From: Lentisphaera araneosa HTCC2155
GTDB taxonomy: Bacteria > Verrucomicrobiota > Lentisphaeria > Lentisphaerales > Lentisphaeraceae
Assembly (NCBI GenBank): GCA_945877655.1
Contig: CAMCSH010000001.1
Coordinates: 1,982-65,981 of the forward strand
DNA length: 64,000 bases
Reading direction: 5' to 3'
Under the pieces are notes generated by a model. The model worked only from the letters and a program-made list of their open reading frames with translations. It was not told the DNA's origin and ran no database searches. Position 1 is the stretch's first letter. The number at the start of each line of letters is the position of its first letter. A program made the position numbers and the translations under genes. Below, in pieces: positions 28,805-37,895 of the stretch.

Positions 28805-30226
28805 ATGAGCACCATCAATAGTTCCAGCATCGGCGCCGACAAAGCCGTCGAGCTTCCGAGGATGCGTTTCGGCGGTATCAGCTCTGGCCAGGACACCCAG
28901 GCCATGGTTGACAGCATGCTCCAGGCCGCTCGCCTGCCGGTCAAGCGACTCGAGCTCGATACCCAGCGCGACGAGGAAAAAATTACCGCGTGGGAAGAGA
29001 TCGACACCAAAGTTTCCGCTCTCGGCACCAAGGTCAACGCCCTCAGCTCCTTCACCACCTGGAATCAGAAAATCGCCACCGCCAGCGATCCGGCCGTCGT
29101 CTCCGCCGCCGTCGATCGCACCGCCGCCCTCGGCAAATACAGTGTTGAAGTCACCAGCATCGCCACGGCCCACCGGGTCGCCTCGGACTCTCAGACTTCC
29201 GCCACCACCGCCCTTGGCTTCGACGGTGATTTCAGCTTGAACGGCGAGACCATTACGGTGGCCGCCACAGATACCATCAAATCAATCCGCGATAAAATCA
29301 ATGCCGCCTCCAGCTCAATGAGCGACAAGGTCAAAGCCAGCGTCGTCGGCACCTCCCTGGTGATTGAACGCGCCAATTCCGGCAACACCGCCATGACCTT
29401 GACTGATGGCACGGGAGCTGTCGCTGCCGCCTTGGGACTGGATGATGGCAGCGGCGCCTTCAAGCATGAACTTCAAGCCGGCTCCGATCTCGATGCCACG
29501 GTCAACGGCATCGCCATCACCGGCACCAGCAACAACAACCGCACCGATGTCGTCGAAGGCCTCACCTTCAACTTCACCAAGGCCGGCAGCAGCACCTTGG
29601 AAATCACTCGCGACACCTCATCGCTGGTCACCGCATTCAAGGACTTCATCACCTCCTACAATGAGGCGATGGACTCAGCTGAGTCCTATACCAAGGTGAC
29701 CCTCGCCACCGGCGGCGGCAAAATCACCAGCAAAGGCCTCCTCCAAGGCGATGCCGCCGTCTCCGCCCTACGCTTCCGCTCCAGAAGCCTGGTCACCGCC
29801 CGATTCCATGACCCGGCCACCGATGCAGGCACGGCGCCAAGTGTCAACACCCTGCAGGACCTCGGCATCTGGACTGAAGGCCGTGACAACCGCCTGACCC
29901 TGGTTTCCGAAGAGAAACTGACCAACGCCTTGAAGAACAACTTCGATGACGCCGAGGATTTCGCCCGAGATTTCAACAAAGGCGTCTTCCGCAAATTGCG
30001 TGATTTTGTCGACACCGCGACCTCACCGATCGACGGCACCATAGCCCGGCGCAAAAGCGGTCTGGAAGGGCAGATCCAGAAGCGTGATGCAAAGATCAAC
30101 TTCCTGAACTTCCAGATCGCCGAAAAGGAGACCCAGCTGTGGGAGCGCTTCTCCACCATGGAGCAGACCCTGGCGAGCATCAAAAACCAAGGCACTTACA
30201 TCTCCGGATCGCTGGGCCAGAAGTGA
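28805..30226 (+). CDS. fliD: Flagellar filament cap protein (hook-associated protein 2)
   Basis: GGISSGQDTQAMVDSMLQAARLPVKRLE...ITAWEEIDTKVSAL is the FliD N-terminal pattern. The C-terminal region ...RKSGLEGQIQKRDAKINFLNFQIAEKETQLWERFSTMEQTLASIKNQ also fits. Confidence 0.85.
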   Translation: MSTINSSSIGADKAVELPRMRFGGISSGQDTQAMVDSMLQAARLPVKRLELDTQRDEEKITAWEEIDTKVSALGTKVNALSSFTTWNQKIATASDPAVVSAAVDRTAALGKYSVEVTSIATAHRVASDSQTSATTALGFDGDFSLNGETITVAATDTIKSIRDKINAASSSMSDKVKASVVGTSLVIERANSGNTAMTLTDGTGAVAAALGLDDGSGAFKHELQAGSDLDATVNGIAITGTSNNNRTDVVEGLTFNFTKAGSSTLEITRDTSSLVTAFKDFITSYNEAMDSAESYTKVTLATGGGKITSKGLLQGDAAVSALRFRSRSLVTARFHDPATDAGTAPSVNTLQDLGIWTEGRDNRLTLVSEEKLTNALKNNFDDAEDFARDFNKGVFRKLRDFVDTATSPIDGTIARRKSGLEGQIQKRDAKINFLNFQIAEKETQLWERFSTMEQTLASIKNQGTYISGSLGQK

Positions 30227-30241
30227 CCGGTTCAGGAGCCT

Positions 30242-30272
30242 AAAAAAGGAGCTGCATCGCAGCTCCTTTTTT
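30242..30272. terminator. Bidirectional intrinsic terminator between fliD and rbgA
   Basis: aaaaaaggagctgc-atc-gcagctcctttttt has a perfect stem flanked by an A-run and a T-run. Confidence 0.85.
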
Positions 30273-30278
30273 GTCGGC

Positions 30279-31289
30279 TCAGCGCCCCTTGGTTTTCGGC
30301 GGCGGCGGGGCTTTCGGCTTGTAGACTTTTTTCGGCTTGGGCTTCGGCTTGGGCTTCGGCGCCAGATCCTGGAACAGAATTTCGACCTTGTCGGCACCGG
30401 GGAAAGGGGGCGAACCCGGTGGCGGATCGAGGGTCAGGCGTCCAAATCGCCCTTCGGTGAATTCGGTCAATAGCAGCAGCTCGGCGCGCTCGAGATCGGG
30501 CTCGCCGCCGTGGAGGATGAAGCCGCGGCGCTTGGCGATGGTGGCAAAAAGCGTTTCCGGCTGCTCCGGCAAGGCATCAAGCTGGCTGAACTCGAGCAGG
30601 GGCTTCTCCTGGCCGCGGAGGATCAGCTGCGCCATCAGATAACGGGCAATGGTGGCGTTGCCGACCAGATCCTGGCGGACCACGTGGGCGAGGCCGAGGC
30701 GGAGCTCGCGTTCGGCGCCGGGGTTGCCGGCGGGGAAGATGCCGGGGGTGTCGAGCAGTTCGCAGTCGGCATCGAGCTTGATCCACTGCTGCGACTTGGT
30801 CACGCCGGGAGTCGGGCCGGTGCGGGCGAGGGACTTGCGCGACAGGCAGTTGATCAGGGTCGATTTGCCGAGGTTGGGGGCGCCGCATGCCATCAGGCGC
30901 AGGGCTCGCAGGAGGGGACGGGTGGCGCCCTTGCGATCGCGATCTTCTTCGTAGATGCGGCGGCACTCGGGAACGATGCGGTCGACGCCACGTCGCTTCA
31001 TCAGCTCGGTGGTGATCGCCGGGACGCCCTGTTTCGCCAGCTCGGCGAGCCAGGTCTTGGTGCTCTCCGGATCGGCCAGGTCGGCCTTGTTGAGGACGAG
31101 CAGAAAGGGCTTGTCGCCGAGCAGCTCGATGAGCTGGCTGTTCAAGGCCGATTCCGGGCAGCGGGCATCAGTGAGCAAGAGGACGACGTCGACCAGCGGC
31201 AGCTTTTCTTTCAGCTGCTGTTGGGCGATGCGCATGTGGCCGGGATACCAGCCGCTGGGATAATGCCGGGTGAAGTCGAAGGTGATCAT
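30279..31289 (-). CDS. rbgA: Ribosome biogenesis GTPase A (YlqF/RbgA) with Lys/Pro-rich C-terminal tail
   Basis: WYPGHM..., circularly permuted G motifs LNKADL, GAPNLGKST and DTPG. The tail reads APKPKPKPKPKKVYKPKAPPPPKTKGR. ATG 31289 was preferred over the called TTG 31301. Confidence 0.8.
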   Translation of the reverse strand: MITFDFTRHYPSGWYPGHMRIAQQQLKEKLPLVDVVLLLTDARCPESALNSQLIELLGDKPFLLVLNKADLADPESTKTWLAELAKQGVPAITTELMKRRGVDRIVPECRRIYEEDRDRKGATRPLLRALRLMACGAPNLGKSTLINCLSRKSLARTGPTPGVTKSQQWIKLDADCELLDTPGIFPAGNPGAERELRLGLAHVVRQDLVGNATIARYLMAQLILRGQEKPLLEFSQLDALPEQPETLFATIAKRRGFILHGGEPDLERAELLLLTEFTEGRFGRLTLDPPPGSPPFPGADKVEILFQDLAPKPKPKPKPKKVYKPKAPPPPKTKGR

Positions 31290-31301
31290 GAGAGCGGCCA
31301 A

Positions 31302-31421
31302 GTTGAAAGGTTGAAAAGTTGAAAGGTTTGTAGCGAAATCTGAGTCGCTGGGTCTTAGGTCACTGCGTCCGGTTGCTCAGTTGCCCGGTTGCTCGCCTTT
31401 CAACCTTTCAACCTTTCAACC
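31302..31421. repeat. Inverted pair of (GGTTGAAA)n runs
   Basis: Left arm 31302-31328 is gttgaaaggttgaaaagttgaaaggtt. Right arm 31396-31421 is cctttcaacctttcaacctttcaacc. Confidence 0.9.
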
Positions 31422-31428
31422 TCGCTCT

Positions 31429-32706
31429 TCAGTCAAACAGCGTGTTCATCGCCGGGGTGTCCCAGCCTTCGGCGGCTTCGGAGTAGACCTCGAACTTGTC
31501 GCGGCAGGCTTGGCGGGCCCAGGCGGCGAAGTCCATCATGCCGCCCATGTCCCAGTGGGCGACGCCCATCGGGTTCTTCTTGTCGACATGGCTGGGATGG
31601 TAGCAAATGCCGGGGCTGACGTTGCGGAAGATCAGGCCGCCGACGCCGGGGATTTCGACCAGTTTGCGGATCAGGTTCTTCAGCTTCTTTTCGACCGGCG
31701 AAGTCATCCAGCAGGGTTCAGGGGCGACCAGCTCGGCGGCGAAGGCCTGGGGCGAGGGGCAGCGCTTGCAGGTGTCTTCCCAGAGGAAGTCCATGATGTC
31801 AACCAAGAGGAAACGCGGCTTGCCGTCGGTGCGCGGCGCAGCAAAGGCTTTTTTGACCTTGTCCCATTCGAGATCGTGGCCGTTGCGGGCGATTTGTGCC
31901 TTGACCACTTCGTGTTCCGGCGGGGTGCTGCGGACGCCGGCTTTGTCCCAGGCGAGGTGCCAGGTGTAGCGGAAGGGGCGGCCTTCGGGAACGAAGTCTT
32001 CGCAGCAGGCGAGAGGTTCGCGGAGGACTTCCAGCCCGGCCTGGGTGAGGGTGACCTTGTAGGAGCCATGTTCGGGGTGATAGCCCATGTTCTGTTCCCA
32101 ACGGAAGACGTCGGAGCCGGTGCCGACTTCGAGTCGGACGCCGCTCTTGCGCTTGAAGACGAGGGACAAGGGGGGACGGTGCCAGTGGCCGAGCATGATG
32201 TCCTTGCCATCCCATTTCGGCAACTGGCGCTCGTAGGGCTTGCCGCCGTCGACCAAATGTTGGGCGGCCGGGACGACAAACATCGACTCCCATTTGCCGG
32301 GGAGGAGGAAGCTGCCGACCGAGAAGTGGCGGGAGATGGTTTCGCCATTGGCGACGAAGTCGCTGGTGAAGCGGGCGCGGCCAGCCGAGAAGCGGATCGC
32401 CTGGGTCAGATTGGGTTCACGACCGAAGGGCATCCAGCCTTCGGTTTCGACGCAACTCATGCCGGCCTTGTGGTATTCCTTCGAGCGGCGGACCAGGCCC
32501 GGCTCGTCACTCATCGCGCCGATGGTCCAATGCATGCCGCGGAGGATTTCGTCGCCTTCGTACTTGATGCTTTTCAATGCCGCCAGGCGCTTCGAATTGA
32601 GCTCTGCGACGAGCTTGCCGTCTTGCTCGGTGACCAGGATCTTGTTGCCTTCTCTCTCGACCATGTGAATCTGCCCTTCTTGATGTGTTTGGCCGGCAAG
32701 ATACAT
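31429..32706 (-). CDS. Hypothetical protein (425 aa, no family recognised)
   Basis: A long ORF with genome-typical codon usage. The opposite-strand ORFs are shadows. The start may be ATG 32664 (MVEREG). Confidence 0.6.
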   Translation of the reverse strand: MYLAGQTHQEGQIHMVEREGNKILVTEQDGKLVAELNSKRLAALKSIKYEGDEILRGMHWTIGAMSDEPGLVRRSKEYHKAGMSCVETEGWMPFGREPNLTQAIRFSAGRARFTSDFVANGETISRHFSVGSFLLPGKWESMFVVPAAQHLVDGGKPYERQLPKWDGKDIMLGHWHRPPLSLVFKRKSGVRLEVGTGSDVFRWEQNMGYHPEHGSYKVTLTQAGLEVLREPLACCEDFVPEGRPFRYTWHLAWDKAGVRSTPPEHEVVKAQIARNGHDLEWDKVKKAFAAPRTDGKPRFLLVDIMDFLWEDTCKRCPSPQAFAAELVAPEPCWMTSPVEKKLKNLIRKLVEIPGVGGLIFRNVSPGICYHPSHVDKKNPMGVAHWDMGGMMDFAAWARQACRDKFEVYSEAAEGWDTPAMNTLFD

Positions 32707-32821
32707 CGCTGAGGGGAAAGTGGGCAGGCGCGACGGCTGCCGCCCCGGCGGTCAAAAACAGCGGGTCGCGATATAGTGGGCCTGACTTCACCAAAGTTTC
32801 GCTTTCCCAGGGAGAACTTCC

Positions 32822-33427
32822 ATGCGCATCCTCGCTGCCACGGGCAACCGCCATAAACTTGATGAGTTCCGCTCGCTTCTCGCTCCGCACGGCTTCGTCG
32901 TCCTGGGTGCTGCCGATGTCGGCGGCCTGCCGCCCGTGGTCGAAGATGCCGATACCTTTGAAGGCAACGCCGCCAAAAAAGCGGTCGAGATCGCCCTCGC
33001 CACCGGCCTGCCCTGCTTCAGCGATGACTCCGGACTCGAGGTCACCGCCCTCAATGGATCCCCCGGCGTCTATTCCGCCCGCTATGCCGGGCCCAAGGCG
33101 ACCGATGACGACAACGTCAAGCTCCTCCTCCGTCGGATGCACGGCATCAAGGATCGCCGTGCCCGCTTCGTCTGCGTCATCGCCTGTGCCGACGCCAAAG
33201 GCCGGCTCATCGGCACCGCCCGGGGCGAATGTGCGGGGCAGATCAGCCTCGTCCAACACGGCATGATGGGCTTCGGCTACGACCCGGTGTTCATTCCCGA
33301 GGGCGAGTCGAAAACCTTCGCCGAACTGGGTGAAACCGTCAAAAACCGCCTTTCCCACCGCCATGCCGCCCTGCAGGAATCCCTCCGGCTCGATCTTTGG
33401 CAGCAACTTCGTGACGCTACGCCTTGA
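32822..33427 (+). CDS. rdgB: dITP/XTP pyrophosphatase (Ham1/RdgB)
   Basis: MRILAATGNRHKLDEF...DDSGLEV..L.G.PG.YSARY...FGYDPVF. Confidence 0.9.
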   Translation: MRILAATGNRHKLDEFRSLLAPHGFVVLGAADVGGLPPVVEDADTFEGNAAKKAVEIALATGLPCFSDDSGLEVTALNGSPGVYSARYAGPKATDDDNVKLLLRRMHGIKDRRARFVCVIACADAKGRLIGTARGECAGQISLVQHGMMGFGYDPVFIPEGESKTFAELGETVKNRLSHRHAALQESLRLDLWQQLRDATP

Positions 33428-33453
33428 CGCCCCCCCCCTGATGATGCTAGAAT
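33424..33453 (+). promoter_or_regulatory. Near-consensus sigma70-type promoter for the second kinase gene
   Basis: TTGACG (33424-33429), an 18-nt spacer ending in TGC (extended -10), then TAGAAT (33448-33453). The ATG follows at 33466, implying a very short leader. Confidence 0.5.
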
Positions 33454-33465
33454 CATGAACAACCT

Positions 33466-35508
33466 ATGAAATTCCGATGCCTACACTGTCTCGCCTTGGT
33501 CTCCGTTGATGCGGAGGCCGGAGAGTCCGTTGCCTGCGGCCAGTGCGAGAATATCAACCAGGTGCCTGCCCGTTTTGCTCCTGGTTTTGTTATCGGTGAC
33601 TTCGCCATCATCCATGAAATCGGCAATGGCCGACTGGCCAAGGTCTACCGCGCTCACCAGCTCACTCTGGCTCGTGATGTCGCCTTGAAGATCCTTTCTC
33701 CCGGCCTCGCCGCCAGCAGCGACGCGATCCACGAATTCTTCCGCGAAGCCCGCGCCGCCGCCCGGCTGAACCATCCCAACATCGTCCAGTCCTACTCCGT
33801 CGGCGAAGATCAGGGCTGCTATTTCCTGGTGGTCGAATTCATTGACGGCCAGGACCTCAAGCGCCTCCTTCGCAAGGAAGGCCGCCTGCCCGCCGAGTCC
33901 GCTCTCAACCTCCTGCAGCAGGTGGTCAGCGCCCTCGATGCCGCCCTCAAAGGCTCGCGCCTGATCCATCAGAACATCAAGCCCGAGAACATCTTGGTCG
34001 CCCGCGACGGCCAGGCCAAGCTGTCGGACATCGGCCTCGCCAACACCTCGCGCTATCGCGAAACGCCCCTGCCTCCCTACTCCAGTCCGGAACAGCTTCT
34101 CGGCAGCCCCGGCGACCATCGTTCCGACATCTATTCGCTTGGCATAGTCTTCTATGAGCTGATCATCGGCCTCGCCCCCTTCCAGGCGACCACCATCGAC
34201 GAATCTCGCCGCCAGGCCCTCGAGGATCCGCCGCCGCTGGCGCATGAAGTGGTCAAACGCATCCCCGAGCCGGTCGGGCGCCTCCTCGACAAGATGATCG
34301 CCAAACACCCCGATGACCGTTACCGCGACTACCTCACCCTGAGCGAAGACCTCCGCCTCGCCCGCGCCTCCGTCGCACAACAGGGCCAACGCGGCTTGAT
34401 GCGGCCGCTGAGCAAGATGCGCGCCCCGAGCCAAGCCGAAGCCTCCGGCAAAAGCCCGCGCCGCAACCGCGACCTGTCCCTCCCCGTGCAAGGCACCCTC
34501 GCCGCCATCGCCGTCGTCATCGTCCTCGGCATCGCCTTGATGGTCCAGAATGGCCAGCGGCAAACCCCGCCGCCCAAGGAAAGCCGCTCCGCCACCCGCG
34601 CCGGCGAAGACCTGCTCCTCGAAGCCCGCAACGCCATCCGCCAGCCGATCAGCGAGACCGCCGCCGCCGAACTGCAATCCCGCCTCGGCACCTTCATCGC
34701 CGCCCATGCCTCGCTCGCCGTCGTCGACGACTTGTCGGAAGTGCGCAGCCAGTTGATCGAAGCCCTGGTCAGCGCCGCCCGCCTCCGCGTCCTGCCGCCC
34801 GACGACAACAAGGTCACGAGCACTCCCAGCACTCCCGCGCCCCCGCTCGATTCCGATCGCCTCAATCCCCTCCGGCTGCGCCTCCTGCCCAGCTTCATCG
34901 CCTACACCAAGGCGCGCGATCACAAGCAGTTGACGAAGGAAATCGATCGCCTGAGCCTCGGTCAAACCGAAGACGCCACCTGGTTCGCCTCTCTCAAAGG
35001 CGTCGTCCTGAGCGCCGCCGAAGTCCAGAAACTCTTCCAGGCCGCTGGCAAACGCTTCGCCGGCCTGCGCCTGGCCTACGCCGACGGCGAAGCCGTGGTC
35101 CAAGCACCCGATCCGGAGGGCTTGTCGGTGACTCTCGAGAATGGCAGTACCGGTCAACGCACATGGACCGGGCTGCGCCCCCACGAAACCTTGGCGCTGC
35201 TCTCCAGCCTCCGTCCCGGCGACACCCGCAACGGCAGCGACGCCGCCGCCTGGCTCTTCTGCAACGGCTCCTTCGCCTGGGCCGCCAGCACCCTTCGTGA
35301 CGCCGGCCGCGAAGACAAATTTCTCGCCGCCGAAAGCGCCGGCTTCGCTCCGATGGCAATGGAAGCCCTTCTCTCCGAAGCCGAGGAGTCGAAAGATCTC
35401 GAGTTGTCCCGCCGGAAATTGTGGATTCTGCGCCGCGGCTACGAAGGCTTCCCCGGCTTCGACTCCCTCGCCTCCCGCCTGATCGAAATCCGCCGCCGCC
35501 TCGAATAA
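33466..35508 (+). CDS. Ser/Thr protein kinase with N-terminal zinc ribbon, TM segment and long C-terminal domain
   Basis: MKFRCLHCLA...ACGQCENI, then a kinase core (HQNIKPENI, DIG, SSPEQ). TM segment LAAIAVVIVLGIALMV; 680 aa. Confidence 0.8.
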   Translation: MKFRCLHCLALVSVDAEAGESVACGQCENINQVPARFAPGFVIGDFAIIHEIGNGRLAKVYRAHQLTLARDVALKILSPGLAASSDAIHEFFREARAAARLNHPNIVQSYSVGEDQGCYFLVVEFIDGQDLKRLLRKEGRLPAESALNLLQQVVSALDAALKGSRLIHQNIKPENILVARDGQAKLSDIGLANTSRYRETPLPPYSSPEQLLGSPGDHRSDIYSLGIVFYELIIGLAPFQATTIDESRRQALEDPPPLAHEVVKRIPEPVGRLLDKMIAKHPDDRYRDYLTLSEDLRLARASVAQQGQRGLMRPLSKMRAPSQAEASGKSPRRNRDLSLPVQGTLAAIAVVIVLGIALMVQNGQRQTPPPKESRSATRAGEDLLLEARNAIRQPISETAAAELQSRLGTFIAAHASLAVVDDLSEVRSQLIEALVSAARLRVLPPDDNKVTSTPSTPAPPLDSDRLNPLRLRLLPSFIAYTKARDHKQLTKEIDRLSLGQTEDATWFASLKGVVLSAAEVQKLFQAAGKRFAGLRLAYADGEAVVQAPDPEGLSVTLENGSTGQRTWTGLRPHETLALLSSLRPGDTRNGSDAAAWLFCNGSFAWAASTLRDAGREDKFLAAESAGFAPMAMEALLSEAEESKDLELSRRKLWILRRGYEGFPGFDSLASRLIEIRRRLE

Positions 35509-35531
35509 ACCCCTCCTCGACTCTCACACGC

Positions 35532-35564
35532 AAAAAGGCCAAGCGCTCTCACGCTTGGCCTTTT
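35532..35564. terminator. Bidirectional intrinsic terminator
   Basis: aaaaa-ggccaagcg-ctctca-cgcttggcc-tttt, between the convergent kinase and 3D-domain genes. Confidence 0.8.
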
Positions 35565-35579
35565 GTCGCGCAGATCGGA

Positions 35580-36299
35580 TCAGCGCCGCTTGCTGCCGGG
35601 TGCCGGCGTCTTGGCATCAGCGGGCGGCAGCCAGACGGTCACCGGCAGGGTCTTGCGTCCCCATTTCTGCGCCGCTTCGTGGCTGGGGAAGAAGAGATCC
35701 AGGCTGGCGCCTTGAATGGCCTCGCCGCGATCCTGCACGGTGCCATATCCATAGCCATTGACATGGACCTTGGCGCCAAAGGGCAGAAGCTTGGCGTCGG
35801 CGGCGATGGTGCCGACGGCGGCCTTTTGACCCGAGGCGGTAAAACCGACCAGCTTCGGCTTTCCCTTGTTGGGACCGGCCGAGTACACCGGCTTGCCCTT
35901 GGCGTTGCGCGCCCAGCCGCAGCACAGGGGACAGGCGCAATAACCGGAGATATTCATGTCGATGACTTTCTTCTCCCAGTTCTCGCAGCCGGCCGGCGGC
36001 GAAATGACGTCGCCCAAAGCCTCGTTGAGGACCGCTAGATCCGGGTTGATCTCTTCCGGTTGATGCGTTTCTTCGTGCGCCGGCTTGGGAAGGGGCGCCA
36101 AGTTCACCAGTTCCGGCATGGCCGACGGCACCGGAATGCTGACGCTAGGCGCGATCGGAGCCGCAATCGAAGGTGCGGCAGGCGGCGGGGGCAGGACGAT
36201 CCAGTGCTGCGATTCACGCCGATATTCACCGGAACGATTCAAGTTCGAACAGCCGATCAGGCTCCCTACCAAACCCATTCCAATCAGATATTTCGTCAT
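35580..36299 (-). CDS. 3D-domain (RlpA/MltA-like double-psi beta-barrel) lipoprotein
   Basis: Lipobox LVGSLIGCS. The C-terminal region TASGQKAAVGTIAAD..LPFGAKVHVNGYGYGTVQDRG.AI.G..LDLFF is typical of the 3D domain. Confidence 0.7.
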   Translation of the reverse strand: MTKYLIGMGLVGSLIGCSNLNRSGEYRRESQHWIVLPPPPAAPSIAAPIAPSVSIPVPSAMPELVNLAPLPKPAHEETHQPEEINPDLAVLNEALGDVISPPAGCENWEKKVIDMNISGYCACPLCCGWARNAKGKPVYSAGPNKGKPKLVGFTASGQKAAVGTIAADAKLLPFGAKVHVNGYGYGTVQDRGEAIQGASLDLFFPSHEAAQKWGRKTLPVTVWLPPADAKTPAPGSKRR

Positions 36300-36558
36300 T
36301 CATCCCTCCTGTGTCTTCCGCCGCATCACGCAGCCAGTCGATTTCTGCGCTTAAAATAGCCGCCATAACTCTTTTGTCTAACGCATCTTAGAAAGTCATG
36401 ACAGAGTCTGTCTTAACCGCCATTTAGGGCAGCGAAGATTCGCCGGAACCTAGGCTGCGCAACTGTCTTATAAAAGTCATATTTTAAAACGCTATTAAAA
36501 AAATGCCCTGCCTGGCCGAGGCGAATTCCCTCGAGAAAGAAACCAGTCGCACCGATGC

Positions 36559-37284
36559 TTACAGTCGCAGCGACACTTCGCCGCAGCGGAAGGTCTCGAG
36601 CCCTTGCGGCGTCCGCAAAATCAGGCCTCCGACCTCGTCAAAACCGGTGACTTCGCCGCGGCTGAGAAGCTGCCCTTGGTCGATCAATTCCACTTCGCTC
36701 CCGACCAGGCCGATGCGCTCGATCCATTCCGTCCGGAGAAGCTCGCGGGCCCGCGGCGACACCCGCCAGTTGACGAAGGCGGAACGAAGATCGTCCGCCA
36801 GTTCGTCGAGAAGCCCGTCCATCTCCACCTCGAGACCGCCCAGCTCGTCCTGAATGCAACTGACGGCCCGGCCGGGAATGACCGGAGCCGCTTTGATATT
36901 CAAGCCGACGCCGACCGCCAAGCCCTCGATGACACCGCGCCGGAGTATGCCTTCGATCAGAATGCCCCCCAGCTTGCCGCGAGCCCCAAGCAGATCGTTC
37001 GGCCATTTGACCGTGGGCTTCAAGCCACGGCTTTCCAAAGTTCGCGCCAAGGACACGGCCACCGGCCAGACGGCTGTTGGCAGAAGCAGCGGATCCAGGC
37101 CGGGAGTTTTGACCAACAGGGTGAAAGTCAGGCAGTCGCCCGGCTGGGCGATCCAGCTCCGCCCCTGGCGCCCGCGTCCCGCCGTCTGCTCCCTCGCACT
37201 GACCAAGCACAAATCTGGCAATTCATCGGCCTCAGCGAGGACGAAGGCGTTGGTGGAGTCGATGCGGTCGAGACGGAGGTGCAT
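36559..37284 (-). CDS. birA: Biotin-[acetyl-CoA-carboxylase] ligase (class I, no HTH domain)
   Basis: Has the signature GRGRQGRSW and the motif KWPNDLL; 241 aa. Confidence 0.85.
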   Translation of the reverse strand: MHLRLDRIDSTNAFVLAEADELPDLCLVSAREQTAGRGRQGRSWIAQPGDCLTFTLLVKTPGLDPLLLPTAVWPVAVSLARTLESRGLKPTVKWPNDLLGARGKLGGILIEGILRRGVIEGLAVGVGLNIKAAPVIPGRAVSCIQDELGGLEVEMDGLLDELADDLRSAFVNWRVSPRARELLRTEWIERIGLVGSEVELIDQGQLLSRGEVTGFDEVGGLILRTPQGLETFRCGEVSLRL

Positions 37285-37287
37285 GAA

Positions 37288-37323
37288 AAGTTTAAGGTTT
37301 AAAGTTCAAGGTTCAAAGTTGAG
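37288..37323. repeat. Tandem 8-bp repeat (GTTTAAGG/GTTCAAGG), single arm
   Basis: aagtttaaggtttaaagttcaaggttcaaagttgag, starting 4 nt upstream of the birA start codon. Confidence 0.9.
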
Positions 37324-37367
37324 ACGCAGCAGCGCCGGGGCTTAGATTTCCCCAGTCGTGTCCCATT

Positions 37368-37883
37368 TTAGTCCACATCCGGGCGGATGAGCGGCAGTCC
37401 AGCGGGGCCGCCGAGGGTGATGGCGAGGCCGTAGTCGCGCTCGCGGAAGTCGGGCTCGAGAAGATGAACTCCTTTGAGAAAATCGGCACAAGGAGGGACG
37501 CGGGCGATCTCGCCGATTCGGAGTCCGGCTTGAATGACGGCGGCGGCGAAGTCGTAGGGGACATCGACCGGAACCGGGGCGCCGGGACGCTCGAAAACGG
37601 CGTTTGCGGCGGCCGCAGAGGGGAACATCATGATGAAGCTGTCCTTGATGCCGCGGCCGCAGAGATCAATGAGGAAGCTGCCGAAAAGGACCCGCTCGTC
37701 AAGTTGACGGGCGATGGAGACATGGACGAGGTGGATGTTGTCCCGAGTGTCGAACCAGGCTTGGCTGACGGTGCAGCGCTGGAGCGGCAGCAGCCAAGCC
37801 TTGCCGAGAGCTTGTGCTTGATCTTTGCGGCGCTGCTCGGCCTTCTTCTTCTGCTCTTGTTCGCGACTGAGTTTTTTAGCCAT
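37368..37883 (-). CDS. Hypothetical protein, short paralog of the upstream gene
   Basis: 171 aa. The first 20 residues (MAKKLSREQEQKKKAEQRRK) are identical to those of ORF 37896..39038. The remaining ~150 aa align with that protein at moderate identity. Confidence 0.65.
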   Translation of the reverse strand: MAKKLSREQEQKKKAEQRRKDQAQALGKAWLLPLQRCTVSQAWFDTRDNIHLVHVSIARQLDERVLFGSFLIDLCGRGIKDSFIMMFPSAAAANAVFERPGAPVPVDVPYDFAAAVIQAGLRIGEIARVPPCADFLKGVHLLEPDFRERDYGLAITLGGPAGLPLIRPDVD

Positions 37884-37895
37884 GGGTTTTCTCGA

